From: a virus
Lineage: Duplodnaviria > Caudoviricetes
Virus record (IMG/VR): IMGVR_UViG_3300020017_000422
Span: 1-30,065 of that record
Direction: 5' to 3' (one strand)
Length of the DNA stretch: 30,065 nucleotides
Positions 16,141-25,370 of this stretch are shown piece by piece. Under the pieces are notes generated by a model. That model was given only the letters and a program-made list of their open reading frames with translations, searched no databases and was not told where the DNA came from. Every line of letters starts with the position of its first letter. The stretch's first letter is position 1. Position numbers and translations under genes: made by a program.

Positions 16141-18678
16141 TTAACAAACAAGCCATCCGCTAAAACACGTCTGATTTGTGCCGCTTTGTATGTCGACCAC
16201 ATCTCCAGCCTCTCCGCTAACCGCCAAGACGAGTTTGGCTGTATCTCCCGCTTTCATAGGTATATTAGCTGATCCGCTTAGGCATAGGTTTCCTGACTGA
16301 GCTAAAGCTAATCCTCCCGTTCTAAATAGCTGGGCGATGATTGTTCCGCCTGAGTTTCGTAAAGTAATATCTACCGACGTAGCGGCAACGATCCCATACA
16401 TAAAAATTGTAGAATCAAAATGATATTTACCAGTAACGGGAGCGGTGAACGTATAGGTGGCATTGTTATAGTCCGCATTCTGGTCATAAGCTTCAGTGTT
16501 GCATGCCACAGTGTAAGCTGTACCTGCTCCCGTGACATTCGTAGCATCTGCACTCAGAGTTGCTCTAAAAGATGGCTGAACTGGGTAGGTCCACTCACCC
16601 GCTGCTGTGCAGTTCGATGATTGGGTAGCTGCGGCTCTATCTCCGACATAAACCTTGAATGTTCCTGTGCCAGCGTTGTTTAGAGCGGCCATATTCAGGC
16701 CTAGGCATTGCTCGTCCGTTTGCAACTCAGCCCGTCCCTGTACGCGTGCAAGAGGGTCGGCTGTATTTGCAACCACCAAGTTACAACTATTTGTACCGCC
16801 CGAAACAGTGTTCTTCAGGCTTAACTGAGCTTGCGCACTAGCGGCGTCTGTAGTGTTTGTCAAAATATAGGCAGTGGTTGCAGCTTGAGCTTTGAGCTGT
16901 GTTACCTGGCCGCCTGCGGCATTATAGGTGATAAAGGGGCTTGCATCGCTAGGTGTAGCACTACCTGAAGTCGCATATGTTAGTTTGAGAAGGTCCGAAT
17001 CGCTGTTGTCTATGCCTAAAGCGTAACTGGTTGTAGAACCCACACTCCATTGTGACCACGTATCCCCCGCTGTGCTTCCGGCTACTGAATGTAAAAAAGT
17101 GGACTGTGAGGAGGCTGTATTGCTGGTGTTAGTAACGCTCAGTGTTCTAGTGGCACCTGAGACAGATGACCTAAACTCGAAATCTCCGTCAGCGTAGGGT
17201 GTGGCCATTCCTACCGTTAGAGTGCTTCCTGAACCGGCTGTATCGATTCCGTTAGTAGATGTGGAAAGGATATTCCAGTTGCCTGCTGTTGGAGATAGAG
17301 GACCGCCAGTATCGCCAGTAATCGTTTCGCCCAATCCAGCACCATTGACAGAAACGAATCCATTGGCGTCTACAGTGAATCTTGCGCTATCAAAAGCTGA
17401 AAGACCTACCTTGGTGGCATCTGTGGACGCTATTGCTTGTGCTTTCTGTACTTGTACCGTAAGCGTGCTTACTGATCCTGATGTTCGTACCGGTGTAGTT
17501 CCAGCAGCAGTCGACGACCCTACAATATTCCAGTTTCCAGCCGTTGGAGACAGTGCCCCTCCAACATCGCCTGTGATGGTTTCCCCTATTCCCGCTCCAT
17601 TGATTGAAACAAATCCATTGGCATCTACGGTAAAAAACGAACTATTGAACGCTGCCAGACCTACGTTTGTAGCGTTAGTAGAGGCTATTGCTTGTGCTTT
17701 CTGTACTTGTACGGTCAATGTGCTTCCAGAGCCTGACGTCTGAACCGGAGTCGTTCCTGAAGCTGTGGAAGTGCCTAATATGTTCCAATTGCCTGCTGTT
17801 GGAGATAGAGCTCCTCCCACATTGCCCGTAATAGTCTCTCCTATGCCTGCCCCATTAATCGAAACAAAACCGTTGGCGTCTACAGTGAAATAGGTACTAT
17901 TGAAGGCCGCTAGACCTACATTTGTGGCATTTGTAGAAGCAATTGCTTGAGACTTTTGTACCTGAACGGTCAACGTGCTGCCACTTCCAGCCGTCTGCAC
18001 GGGTGTGGTACCTGGGGCTGTAGACGTTCCTAGTATGTTCCAATTTCCGGCAGTCGGCGATAGAGCGCCTCCGGTGTTGCCAGTGATGGTTTCTCCTACA
18101 CCACTTCCGTTTATGGATACAAAGCCGTTGGCATCTACAGTGAAATACGTGCTGTTAAAGTGGCTAACCCCGTTATCGCCTATGGTAGATGCCGCAACGG
18201 CCTGTGATCGCTGAATCTGGATTGTATAGGTATTAGCAGCCAAGGAAACGGTTCGAATGACGTTCGTTGTTGTCCCAGCCGTAACTTGACCCCCTGTGAT
18301 TGTTACGACACCAGAAACACTAGGTGTCACCGGATTGGTTCCTGGCGCTGTGAAAGCATCGACTTGGAACGACTCAACAGCCGCTGTTCCTAATAATGTT
18401 ACAAAGCCATTGGCGTCTACAGAGAAATCAACTGAATTGAAAGATGCTATACCCGCATTGGTTGCCACAGACGTAGCTGCCGCTGACGCGTACTGGACCT
18501 CAATGTTTATCGTATTGCCTGAGCCGACCGTCTCAATAGGTACACTATGCGCTGCAACGGCTGAAGCTAGAATTTCAAGCGTATTGGCTATAGGAACAGC
18601 GCTTCCTACATCGGCTACAAAGAGTATGGGGACTTCGGGGTGTGTCCCAATGAAGTCTACTGTTCCGGCTTGCGACAT
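16141..18678 (-). CDS. Tail fibre/adhesin with 85-aa repeats and C-terminal C1q-like domain
   Basis: G/T/S/A-rich; VDANGFV x5; C-terminal PSFRA..YTFTAPVTGKYHF..FSGWLV C1q pattern. Confidence 0.85.
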   Translation of the reverse strand: MSQAGTVDFIGTHPEVPILFVADVGSAVPIANTLEILASAVAAHSVPIETVGSGNTINIEVQYASAAATSVATNAGIASFNSVDFSVDANGFVTLLGTAAVESFQVDAFTAPGTNPVTPSVSGVVTITGGQVTAGTTTNVIRTVSLAANTYTIQIQRSQAVAASTIGDNGVSHFNSTYFTVDANGFVSINGSGVGETITGNTGGALSPTAGNWNILGTSTAPGTTPVQTAGSGSTLTVQVQKSQAIASTNATNVGLAAFNSTYFTVDANGFVSINGAGIGETITGNVGGALSPTAGNWNILGTSTASGTTPVQTSGSGSTLTVQVQKAQAIASTNATNVGLAAFNSSFFTVDANGFVSINGAGIGETITGDVGGALSPTAGNWNIVGSSTAAGTTPVRTSGSVSTLTVQVQKAQAIASTDATKVGLSAFDSARFTVDANGFVSVNGAGLGETITGDTGGPLSPTAGNWNILSTSTNGIDTAGSGSTLTVGMATPYADGDFEFRSSVSGATRTLSVTNTSNTASSQSTFLHSVAGSTAGDTWSQWSVGSTTSYALGIDNSDSDLLKLTYATSGSATPSDASPFITYNAAGGQVTQLKAQAATTAYILTNTTDAASAQAQLSLKNTVSGGTNSCNLVVANTADPLARVQGRAELQTDEQCLGLNMAALNNAGTGTFKVYVGDRAAATQSSNCTAAGEWTYPVQPSFRATLSADATNVTGAGTAYTVACNTEAYDQNADYNNATYTFTAPVTGKYHFDSTIFMYGIVAATSVDITLRNSGGTIIAQLFRTGGLALAQSGNLCLSGSANIPMKAGDTAKLVLAVSGEAGDVVDIQSGTNQTCFSGWLVC
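17213..18460 (-). repeat. 255-bp tandem coding repeats (three full units 18096-17332 plus degenerate flanking units)
   Basis: Equivalent Val codons at 17371, 17626, 17881, 18136; synonymous divergence between units. Confidence 0.9.
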
Positions 18679-19346
18679 GATTCACCCCTTTTATTTATTC
18701 TTTCTATTAGCGTGTAGAGATTCTCGATTTTCTTCTCGATATAGAAAACGGACTTTTTGTACCGGATAAGTTCTCCTTCTATTCCCTCTTTATCCAATCG
18801 AGACATCTGAAAATTGCTTTCGCTTTTTTCATTCATTTCAGAGAATCTAATTTCTACGTCACAACTGAACTTCATAAGATCATCTCTGAGAGAACTCAGG
18901 GAGGCCTTTAATTCTCTCTGGAAGTCTTGAAATGAGACCAGATAGCTAACGGTCGCCGCATCAATTTTCGCCACTATGCTATTCTCAATGTTTTTCACTT
19001 GGTCTTTGGTGAAGTGAAAATCTTCAAAATTCAGTAGATGCCTACATAGATCATCGATAGATTTCTTCTGCTCAACAATAGTACGTTCCTGGGCCTCTAC
19101 CTTACCTTTTAAAACGCCTATGATGTCTGTGGCATAAATCTTGAAGACCTTTAGGTCCTGCTCGCTCTTTTGGAATAAAGCGTCAAATCTATCCATGGCA
19201 AGAGATAGCTGATCCCTGAGGGCCTGCATTTCTTTGTTATGGGAGGAGATGAGGTGCTGGTGTTCCTCATTCTCCTTCTTAACAAGAGCATCGAACCTTC
19301 TATCCGCTCTAATAGCCGGCTGTGGGCATGTTCGTTGGTTGCGCAT
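18657..19346 (-). CDS. Coiled-coil hypothetical protein (start uncertain)
   Basis: Heptad-rich; start re-assigned to MRNQR. Confidence 0.65.
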   Translation of the reverse strand: MRNQRTCPQPAIRADRRFDALVKKENEEHQHLISSHNKEMQALRDQLSLAMDRFDALFQKSEQDLKVFKIYATDIIGVLKGKVEAQERTIVEQKKSIDDLCRHLLNFEDFHFTKDQVKNIENSIVAKIDAATVSYLVSFQDFQRELKASLSSLRDDLMKFSCDVEIRFSEMNEKSESNFQMSRLDKEGIEGELIRYKKSVFYIEKKIENLYTLIERINKRGESCRKPEQ

Positions 19347-19674
19347 ATATGACTTCAATGTAGACGGCTCCTGATGATGGTGCGGCGGCGTATTTGACGT
19401 ACCACTGCGTGCCCACCGCAAAGCAGAAGTCATCGTGATTGACAGGTCTATGATTGGTCGTTATGTCGAACAGTTTGAAGCTACCAGCGGGCACCAATAC
19501 TTGGTTCGTCGTACCATCCATACTCAAGAAAACATCTTGGTTTGTCGTGTTTGTGAAGCATATGATCCTGGCGGGATAGGCAAAAGGCGTACCTAAAGCC
19601 ACGTAGGACCCAGTTATGCTGCCAAAAGCTACGCTTCTGATAGCATCGGCTATTGCCCTAGTTGTAAAACTCAT
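19309..19674 (-). CDS. Probable virion structural protein (beta-rich, 121 aa)
   Basis: TAAGGAG RBS; composition and context. Confidence 0.7.
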   Translation of the reverse strand: MSFTTRAIADAIRSVAFGSITGSYVALGTPFAYPARIICFTNTTNQDVFLSMDGTTNQVLVPAGSFKLFDITTNHRPVNHDDFCFAVGTQWYVKYAAAPSSGAVYIEVIYAQPTNMPTAGY

Positions 19675-19684
19675 AGTTGACTCC

Positions 19685-20557
19685 TTATGCGTTGATGATC
19701 CACCAGTTAAATGTGCTGGTTTCGTTTGCTGTTGAAGTCAAGGTAAAGCCGGTTCCATCTTGTGCTGTAATGGATACTTCTCCCGGTGTTCCGCCAGTTA
19801 CATTTCTTGAGAAGAAAATAAGAGCAGTTCCACTACATGCCTTTGTAGCCACTGTGACAGCGCCTGGAGTGCCAGACATGGCGGCTGAAGTACCGGCCGA
19901 AGCGTTTGCTCCTGTTGGAACAATAATCTTATTCCCGGCCGTTCCCATGACGAGGTTGCCATTGGTAGCAGTGATGTTACCTAAGGTGGCTGTCATGGAT
20001 GTACCAGCATTGACCGCTCCGGCGGTTGCAACGATATTGCCTGTAGTCGCCGTAATGCCTGTTCCAGCAGTCATTGTGGTTCCTGCCGTGACTGAACCCA
20101 ATGTAGCAGCAATATTACCGGCCGATGCGGTGATATTTCCAAGGGTTGCTACGATGTTTCCTGCTGATGCCGTGACGCCACCAGTAGTAGCAATCAAACC
20201 TGTACCCGCAGTGACTGTTGTTCCTGCCGCTAAGGTAGTAGTTGTGGCCAAAGAGCCTGGCGCTGTTATGGCTGATGGGAGAGAGACTGTTGCGACTCCC
20301 GCGACTGTTGACACTGTGATTTGATTGGCAGTCCCAATAACTGATTGGACTGGTCCATTAGAGTCAGTGATTTGAATCCAATTACCACCACCACCATAAA
20401 TGTAAAATGCTGTCGGGTTCTTTGGAGGTGTGAAAACAATCTGACCGATTTCAAAGTTGGTTTGATTGCTATTTGGCGCAGTTTCAAAAGGCACTGGTGG
20501 GGGAAGAACAGGAATAAGCGCTTGTCCTATTCCGTAAACTTGAAACATCTTAGACAT
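19685..20557 (-). CDS. Probable fibre/decoration protein with short GNIxAT repeats
   Basis: 7-residue T/A/G repeats; AGGAG RBS. Confidence 0.7.
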   Translation of the reverse strand: MSKMFQVYGIGQALIPVLPPPVPFETAPNSNQTNFEIGQIVFTPPKNPTAFYIYGGGGNWIQITDSNGPVQSVIGTANQITVSTVAGVATVSLPSAITAPGSLATTTTLAAGTTVTAGTGLIATTGGVTASAGNIVATLGNITASAGNIAATLGSVTAGTTMTAGTGITATTGNIVATAGAVNAGTSMTATLGNITATNGNLVMGTAGNKIIVPTGANASAGTSAAMSGTPGAVTVATKACSGTALIFFSRNVTGGTPGEVSITAQDGTGFTLTSTANETSTFNWWIINA

Positions 20558-20603
20558 ACGAATGCTCCTGTTAGAGGTTTAAAATTGAAACTTGCTGTAT
20601 AAA

Positions 20604-20674
20604 ATTGACACGAGTCAATAGATATCTATATAGATACATGTTGATTTGACACATAATGATCTATATGTAACAAT
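20604..20674 (+). promoter_or_regulatory. Promoter and palindrome cluster of the plus-strand moron
   Basis: TTGACA(20646)-17 bp-AACAAT; palindromes ATTGAC-N4-GTCAAT, ATAGATATCTAT, TATCTATATAGATA. Confidence 0.55.
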
Positions 20675-20710
20675 ATGGCTGTATGTGTAACCAGAAACGG
20701 GAGATTAATA

Positions 20711-20920
20711 ATGAATTTTCTTACGATTGCAGAGTTCGCAAAATGCATTAAAATGCACCCTGGCACAGTGCGCAGGGCAATCAAGCAAGGAAAGATATAT
20801 GCCAGCCGTCCAAGCTTAGGCATAAAGGCACCCTATCGAATCGCGGAGTCGGAATTGGAAAGACTGCACCTGCAAGGTATGTGTGAAAAACCTAAGCCTA
20901 AAAAACAGAAAGGAGAATAG
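20711..20920 (+). CDS. Excisionase/MerR-like HTH (HTH_17-type) DNA-binding protein
   Basis: FLTIAEFAKCIKMHPGTVRRAIKQGKIYA; GGGAG RBS before ATG 20711. Confidence 0.8.
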   Translation: MNFLTIAEFAKCIKMHPGTVRRAIKQGKIYASRPSLGIKAPYRIAESELERLHLQGMCEKPKPKKQKGE

Positions 20921-20922
20921 CT

Positions 20923-21102
20923 GTGGATTGGACGCAAGTAATAACAATTCTTGGTGGTAATCTGGCTCTCTTTTTGTGGGCGACGCGTCAAGCTAGAACT
21001 GATTATTTGCATATATGCAAAATGATCGAAGGAATCCAAAAGGAGATGACTGACTTTCATGGCCGTCTTTGCACTATCGAGGAAAGAAATAAGATAAAGT
21101 GA
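20923..21102 (+). CDS. 59-aa membrane/coiled-coil peptide (not in the ORF track), paralogue of 22043..22264
   Basis: AAGGAG RBS, GTG; MDWTQVITILGGNLALFLWATRQARTD...QKEMTDFHGRLCTIEERNKIK. Confidence 0.8.
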   Translation: MDWTQVITILGGNLALFLWATRQARTDYLHICKMIEGIQKEMTDFHGRLCTIEERNKIK

Positions 21103-21111
21103 AGGTAAGCA

Positions 21112-21390
21112 ATGAAATTTGCAATGCCTTTGGGTGGCGTTTTAGAAATCAGGTCAGAGCCGGAATTGGATTTCGACGATGAAATGGGTATGCCTTATGA
21201 TAAAAAAATCGAAGGCGTTATTTGGCGGATATTCTGGAATGATAAGTCGTTGCCTTGGTGCACGGAAACAAAACTACAAGCTATGGCAATAGCTTTTGGA
21301 TGCCAATATGGAGCAATGCTGTCCCACAATCATCCAATAAGGAAGAGGAAGCCCGATGAACGATCAAGACAAAATGATCAAGTTGTTTGA
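21112..21390 (+). CDS. Hypothetical protein (92 aa)
   Basis: AAGGT RBS; operon packing. Confidence 0.6.
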   Translation: MKFAMPLGGVLEIRSEPELDFDDEMGMPYDKKIEGVIWRIFWNDKSLPWCTETKLQAMAIAFGCQYGAMLSHNHPIRKRKPDERSRQNDQVV

Positions 21391-22036
21391 TTCAGCGGAC
21401 GATGCTGTGCTTAGGAGTTTAAGCGCTGATCGCTACGCGATTCACATGCTCCGATGGATGAACGCAAAAAAAAATGCTTCAGTACTAGAATTGGCTTGTG
21501 GCAATGGCAGGGTAGCCAAATTCATAAAACAATTCAGGCCTGATCTAGATTATTCATGCATGGACATATGTCCTACTTTGACCAAAACAGCCCAGGAACT
21601 CAACCCTGAAATGAAGGTACATACCGGAGACTGTCTCAAAGGTATTCCATATAGTCGATACGATTTCATTATTAGTTGGAGTTTTGTCCAGTACCTATCT
21701 TTAAAAGAGTATACCGACCTGAATCGTATGCTCCTTGGACATTTGAATCCAAACGGAGAAATCTGGCACTTTTCTATCCCTGATAATACAAAAAGATGGG
21801 AGCACACCATGGCCCCGAGAAACACAAAGCTTGCCAAGGTGAAAGGCCTTGCCAGATATCTTCTAGATTCATTCAAACGCCCTTATGGGCCTGCATCTAT
21901 ATGGCATGATCCCGTGGAACTGTTGACTTCCTTAGACCATAAGAACATACAATCCACGTTTTTCCAACCAGGTGACGTGGGTTATCGCTTTCATATTCGC
22001 ATCAAAAAACGAATAAACAACAAAGATAATGGGTAA
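21356..22036 (+). CDS. Class I SAM-dependent methyltransferase (not a DNA MTase)
   Basis: VLELACGNG motif I, MDI, GD, YDFII, LNPNG; no DPPY/NPPY/PC motif. Confidence 0.85.
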   Translation: MNDQDKMIKLFDSADDAVLRSLSADRYAIHMLRWMNAKKNASVLELACGNGRVAKFIKQFRPDLDYSCMDICPTLTKTAQELNPEMKVHTGDCLKGIPYSRYDFIISWSFVQYLSLKEYTDLNRMLLGHLNPNGEIWHFSIPDNTKRWEHTMAPRNTKLAKVKGLARYLLDSFKRPYGPASIWHDPVELLTSLDHKNIQSTFFQPGDVGYRFHIRIKKRINNKDNG

Positions 22037-22042
22037 AAAATC

Positions 22043-22264
22043 ATGGAAACATTAGCAGTGATATTGGCGATGGCGGCCTTATTCTTATGGGTAAGATCTG
22101 AAGCAAATGCCGACCGTAGACATATCAGTGAGATTCAACGTCAAGATAGGAAAGACATCCTGTCTTTGGTTGAAGCTATTAAAGACGATGTACGCGCCAT
22201 TAAGGAAGAGATGAAAGACTTTCACAATAGGCTTTGCGCAATCGAAGAAAAAAGGACAAAATAA
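22043..22264 (+). CDS. 73-aa membrane/coiled-coil peptide
   Basis: N-terminal hydrophobic helix ALFLW, C-terminal EMKDFHNRLCAIEE. Confidence 0.75.
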   Translation: METLAVILAMAALFLWVRSEANADRRHISEIQRQDRKDILSLVEAIKDDVRAIKEEMKDFHNRLCAIEEKRTK

Positions 22265-22284
22265 AATGATTATGATTTTACAAG

Positions 22285-24084
22285 TTATTGGCGGGGCTCT
22301 TCTCTTTCTTTGGCTGGAGAGGAACGTGTTTTGACCAGCTCTTGAGCAAGGATAGCAGCTTTATCGACTGATTTGTTTTTAGCAGCTATGATCAGCTTCT
22401 TCATGATGTTTTGCTTGCTAGGATCGGTCAAAAGAGCTGTGGCAAGTCTTTTGGCGGCATCTAGAGTAATGATCCCTCCTAAAGTCTTGAAGTCTCCGGT
22501 AAAGAACGCTCGTATCCCCTCTAAAATCTTGAGGGACTGAACCGTCTTATCGTTCTTCGGTATCTGTTTGATCAGCGATTCGATAGCCTGAGCACCCTCA
22601 CTAATCGTCTTGATGTTTTGGACCTGCTCAGGACCTAAGACCTTTTTCGCGAGCTCATGATTGGCTGGATCATTTAGAATAGACGTGAGCTTTTTGAAGT
22701 TCATGCCATCGACGTTTTGAGCTTTCTCAATTGTCTGCATCAAGTCTCTGGCGCCTAACCATTGTTTCCATGCATCGTTGGTTGCATCGAAGTATTTGCC
22801 GAACTTGGCTGCGTCTGGACCGGATTCTGCAAATGTTTTCTTAATGCCTTCTTTAACCATTCCAAGAAGGTGTTCTTTCTGGCTAGGATTCCCCCAGTTG
22901 CCCGCCTTACCAAGATTACGATAAAATCCTGTGAAGAATTCGGCTGTGTCTGCTTTGTCTAATTTAGAGAGCCCGTCTTTCATAAACTCGATAAACTTCT
23001 TTTGCTCATCGAGAAGGGGGTATTTTTCTAGATAGGCAATGGCGCCTTCGACAGCTTTCTTTACAGGCTCTTTATTCTTTATGGGCACGCTGGAGGCCAG
23101 TTCTTCCATTGTGCTATAAACGTTTGAAGCTTGTTTTTCAAGGTAAGGCAACCCGCCTTCAGCATATCCAGGAAGCCCTTTTTTGACTTGTTCTTTGAAG
23201 AGTTCTTCACTGTTTTTTACTCCTTGTTGGATTGAATTTTCAGCCTCTGGAGTGAGTGACGCATATTTCTTCAAGATCTTACGTTCTTCGAGAGCACTCT
23301 TAGCCAAAGTAATGTCTTTTTCCGAATAGCCTGCTTTTCGTAAATCCTTGAGCACTTTTTCTACTTGAGGACTCCTAGAGGAAATGGCTGCTGTAGACTT
23401 AGGACCTGTCTTTAGTGCAGCTATGATCTCTGCTGTAGCTTGCATCCATGGAGGTGCCCCCATCTCTTCTAGCGTTTGACCTGCGGCGCCTGCAACAATA
23501 GGGGCTGTCAATCCTCCGGCCCCACCAAAAGCAGCCGTACCGCCAGCAAATTTGCCTATGCGTTTTCCATAGCGTCCGGCGGCCGTCTTAGGCTCTGATA
23601 CGATGCCTAACTCACCGCCTAGATTTTCTACGTCTTGAGATGAAGGAAGACGAGAATACCTCGGAACAAGATCATCATCACCGGAAAGGGCTGAAATATC
23701 AGAAAAAGAAGGCTTGTAACCGGGCTGATTCATCTTGTCCAAAATCTGCGATTCCATCTCATATGTGGCTTTTTCTCCTGGATGGACATCTTTAGATTGC
23801 AGCCCGAACATGTCAAGAATGTCGCCATAGGTACCTAGGAGACCGACACCAAAGCCTTGAGCTCCTTGTTTACCTAAATCGGCAGCATAGTCTCCGAACC
23901 CAGGTTCTTTTTCTTTTGGAGATGAGTTGAAGTATTTTAGGACCTCCTCAGGGCTATATCCAGCTTCCTGAGCTTTCATCATTTTATTCTCAAAAGCAGG
24001 ATCTTTGGTACCTAGATACTCCATGATCTCTTCGTCAGAGTATCCTGCTTGCTTAGCCCTTTGGTATTTATCCTGGTAGGTCAT
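22285..24084 (-). CDS. Probable DNA ejection (internal virion) protein
   Basis: Helical, A/G-rich hydrophobic segment, AGYSxEE repeats; third of three genes after tail nozzle, as in P22 gp7/20/16. Confidence 0.6.
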   Translation of the reverse strand: MTYQDKYQRAKQAGYSDEEIMEYLGTKDPAFENKMMKAQEAGYSPEEVLKYFNSSPKEKEPGFGDYAADLGKQGAQGFGVGLLGTYGDILDMFGLQSKDVHPGEKATYEMESQILDKMNQPGYKPSFSDISALSGDDDLVPRYSRLPSSQDVENLGGELGIVSEPKTAAGRYGKRIGKFAGGTAAFGGAGGLTAPIVAGAAGQTLEEMGAPPWMQATAEIIAALKTGPKSTAAISSRSPQVEKVLKDLRKAGYSEKDITLAKSALEERKILKKYASLTPEAENSIQQGVKNSEELFKEQVKKGLPGYAEGGLPYLEKQASNVYSTMEELASSVPIKNKEPVKKAVEGAIAYLEKYPLLDEQKKFIEFMKDGLSKLDKADTAEFFTGFYRNLGKAGNWGNPSQKEHLLGMVKEGIKKTFAESGPDAAKFGKYFDATNDAWKQWLGARDLMQTIEKAQNVDGMNFKKLTSILNDPANHELAKKVLGPEQVQNIKTISEGAQAIESLIKQIPKNDKTVQSLKILEGIRAFFTGDFKTLGGIITLDAAKRLATALLTDPSKQNIMKKLIIAAKNKSVDKAAILAQELVKTRSSPAKEREEPRQ

Positions 24085-25370
24085 TCAAAAATCTCATCTA
24101 ATGACTGACGTTTTTGCTTACCCGACTCTTCTTTAACCATGGATCTAGCTCTAGCATTGGTCTGTTTCAACTGATCTTCCAGTTGAGACTTCAGCCGCCT
24201 ATAGTTCTCTGTCGCGTGCTTCTTGACTAAAACTGGATCAGCTCCTGAACCATAGTGATCCATGGCAGCCTTAAACGTCTCGTCTTTGAGATAGGCTATG
24301 CGGTTGCCTAATGCGAGTTGCTCGGCGATCAAACGCCGCCCGTCTGGGCTATTAGCAAGAGTAGGAAACCCTTGCTTGAACTGATCCAAGTCGAAGTTGG
24401 TGACTCGCCCAGGGAAGAAGTCCTTAGCTCTTCTAGCCATACGCGCAATGGTTTTAACATAGTCTTGAGTTTCTGGAGTGGCGAGAGCTTTGACTCGCAA
24501 ATCACCTGTATCCCAGTCAACATTCCATTTCTCAATTCCAGTAGGCAGAGCTCCGGGCATTTCATTGAGGTCTTGAAGGTGTTTGACTTCGCGGTATTCA
24601 TCATCCAAAGCATTCAGACGGTCGACGGCATCGGTATATAAAGGCGTGTTGGTCTTTTCTCGGTATTCGTTTTGCTTGACGATATCAGCAGGTGTCATAC
24701 CAATGGGCTCTGGAAGCTCAGGGAAGTCTAACTCTAATGCGCCTAAGTTGGTTCCAGGAATGTCGATATTTGGCTTCACTTCTTCTTTTGTCGGCTGCTC
24801 TGCTCCAAGCCCCTTACCCGATTTTGATCGTCTAATTAAATCGTTAACATTCTTAATTACGTCAGATTGGCCTCCCGTTGGCGCATTTTCCATCTGATTT
24901 TGCCATATCTGTGCAGTTTCTTCGGGGTAACCGGCCTTAATTAACGATTCTTTAACGCTCTTCCCTGCTTCCCTTCTCTTCTGCAAATCCATGACTTTGA
25001 GCTGGTTTTCTGGCGTCAGCTTTTTTATGTCTTTAGCGGGCACATTCTCGCCAGAGACTACGCGGCTCAATACTTCTTGCTGAGCTTCGTTCTTAGCCAT
25101 CTCAGCTTCATTTCTTTCTTGCTGATCGATCATCATGCGTTGCTGGAATATTTCTTTGCCTTTCTCACCATAGGGACTCAATGCAGACCGAACAGCTTCT
25201 AGCTTTTTGGACTGTGGAGCTCCTCCCAATGCCTTATCATGAAGAACGCTGTCTAGGCTGCGATTAGCAAAGAAGGTGTTCAATCCATTGCCTATGCCTT
25301 CACCTAAACTTAGACCTAACATATCAGCAAGCTTCGAGCGTGGATCGCTTGTTTCAATGACTTGTACCAT
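24081..25370 (-). CDS. Probable DNA ejection (internal virion) protein
   Basis: Helical Q/E/K-rich; coupled to neighbours; position. Confidence 0.6.
   Translation of the reverse strand: MVQVIETSDPRSKLADMLGLSLGEGIGNGLNTFFANRSLDSVLHDKALGGAPQSKKLEAVRSALSPYGEKGKEIFQQRMMIDQQERNEAEMAKNEAQQEVLSRVVSGENVPAKDIKKLTPENQLKVMDLQKRREAGKSVKESLIKAGYPEETAQIWQNQMENAPTGGQSDVIKNVNDLIRRSKSGKGLGAEQPTKEEVKPNIDIPGTNLGALELDFPELPEPIGMTPADIVKQNEYREKTNTPLYTDAVDRLNALDDEYREVKHLQDLNEMPGALPTGIEKWNVDWDTGDLRVKALATPETQDYVKTIARMARRAKDFFPGRVTNFDLDQFKQGFPTLANSPDGRRLIAEQLALGNRIAYLKDETFKAAMDHYGSGADPVLVKKHATENYRRLKSQLEDQLKQTNARARSMVKEESGKQKRQSLDEIFE

Noticed and set aside
17213-18460. Fibre repeats as a diversity-generating retroelement TR/VR pair
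   Set aside because: No reverse transcriptase; differences are synonymous and not adenine-specific
19677-20324. Long plus-strand ORF (also 337..825, 10187..10660, 15529..15861, 17201..17743, 18296..18769)
   Set aside because: Antisense shadows of well-supported minus-strand genes
20711-20920. Excisionase as evidence of an integration module
   Set aside because: No integrase or att site nearby; this HTH family is commonly regulatory
21356-22036. DNA methyltransferase / restriction-modification system
   Set aside because: No DPPY/NPPY or PC catalytic motif and no adjacent nuclease
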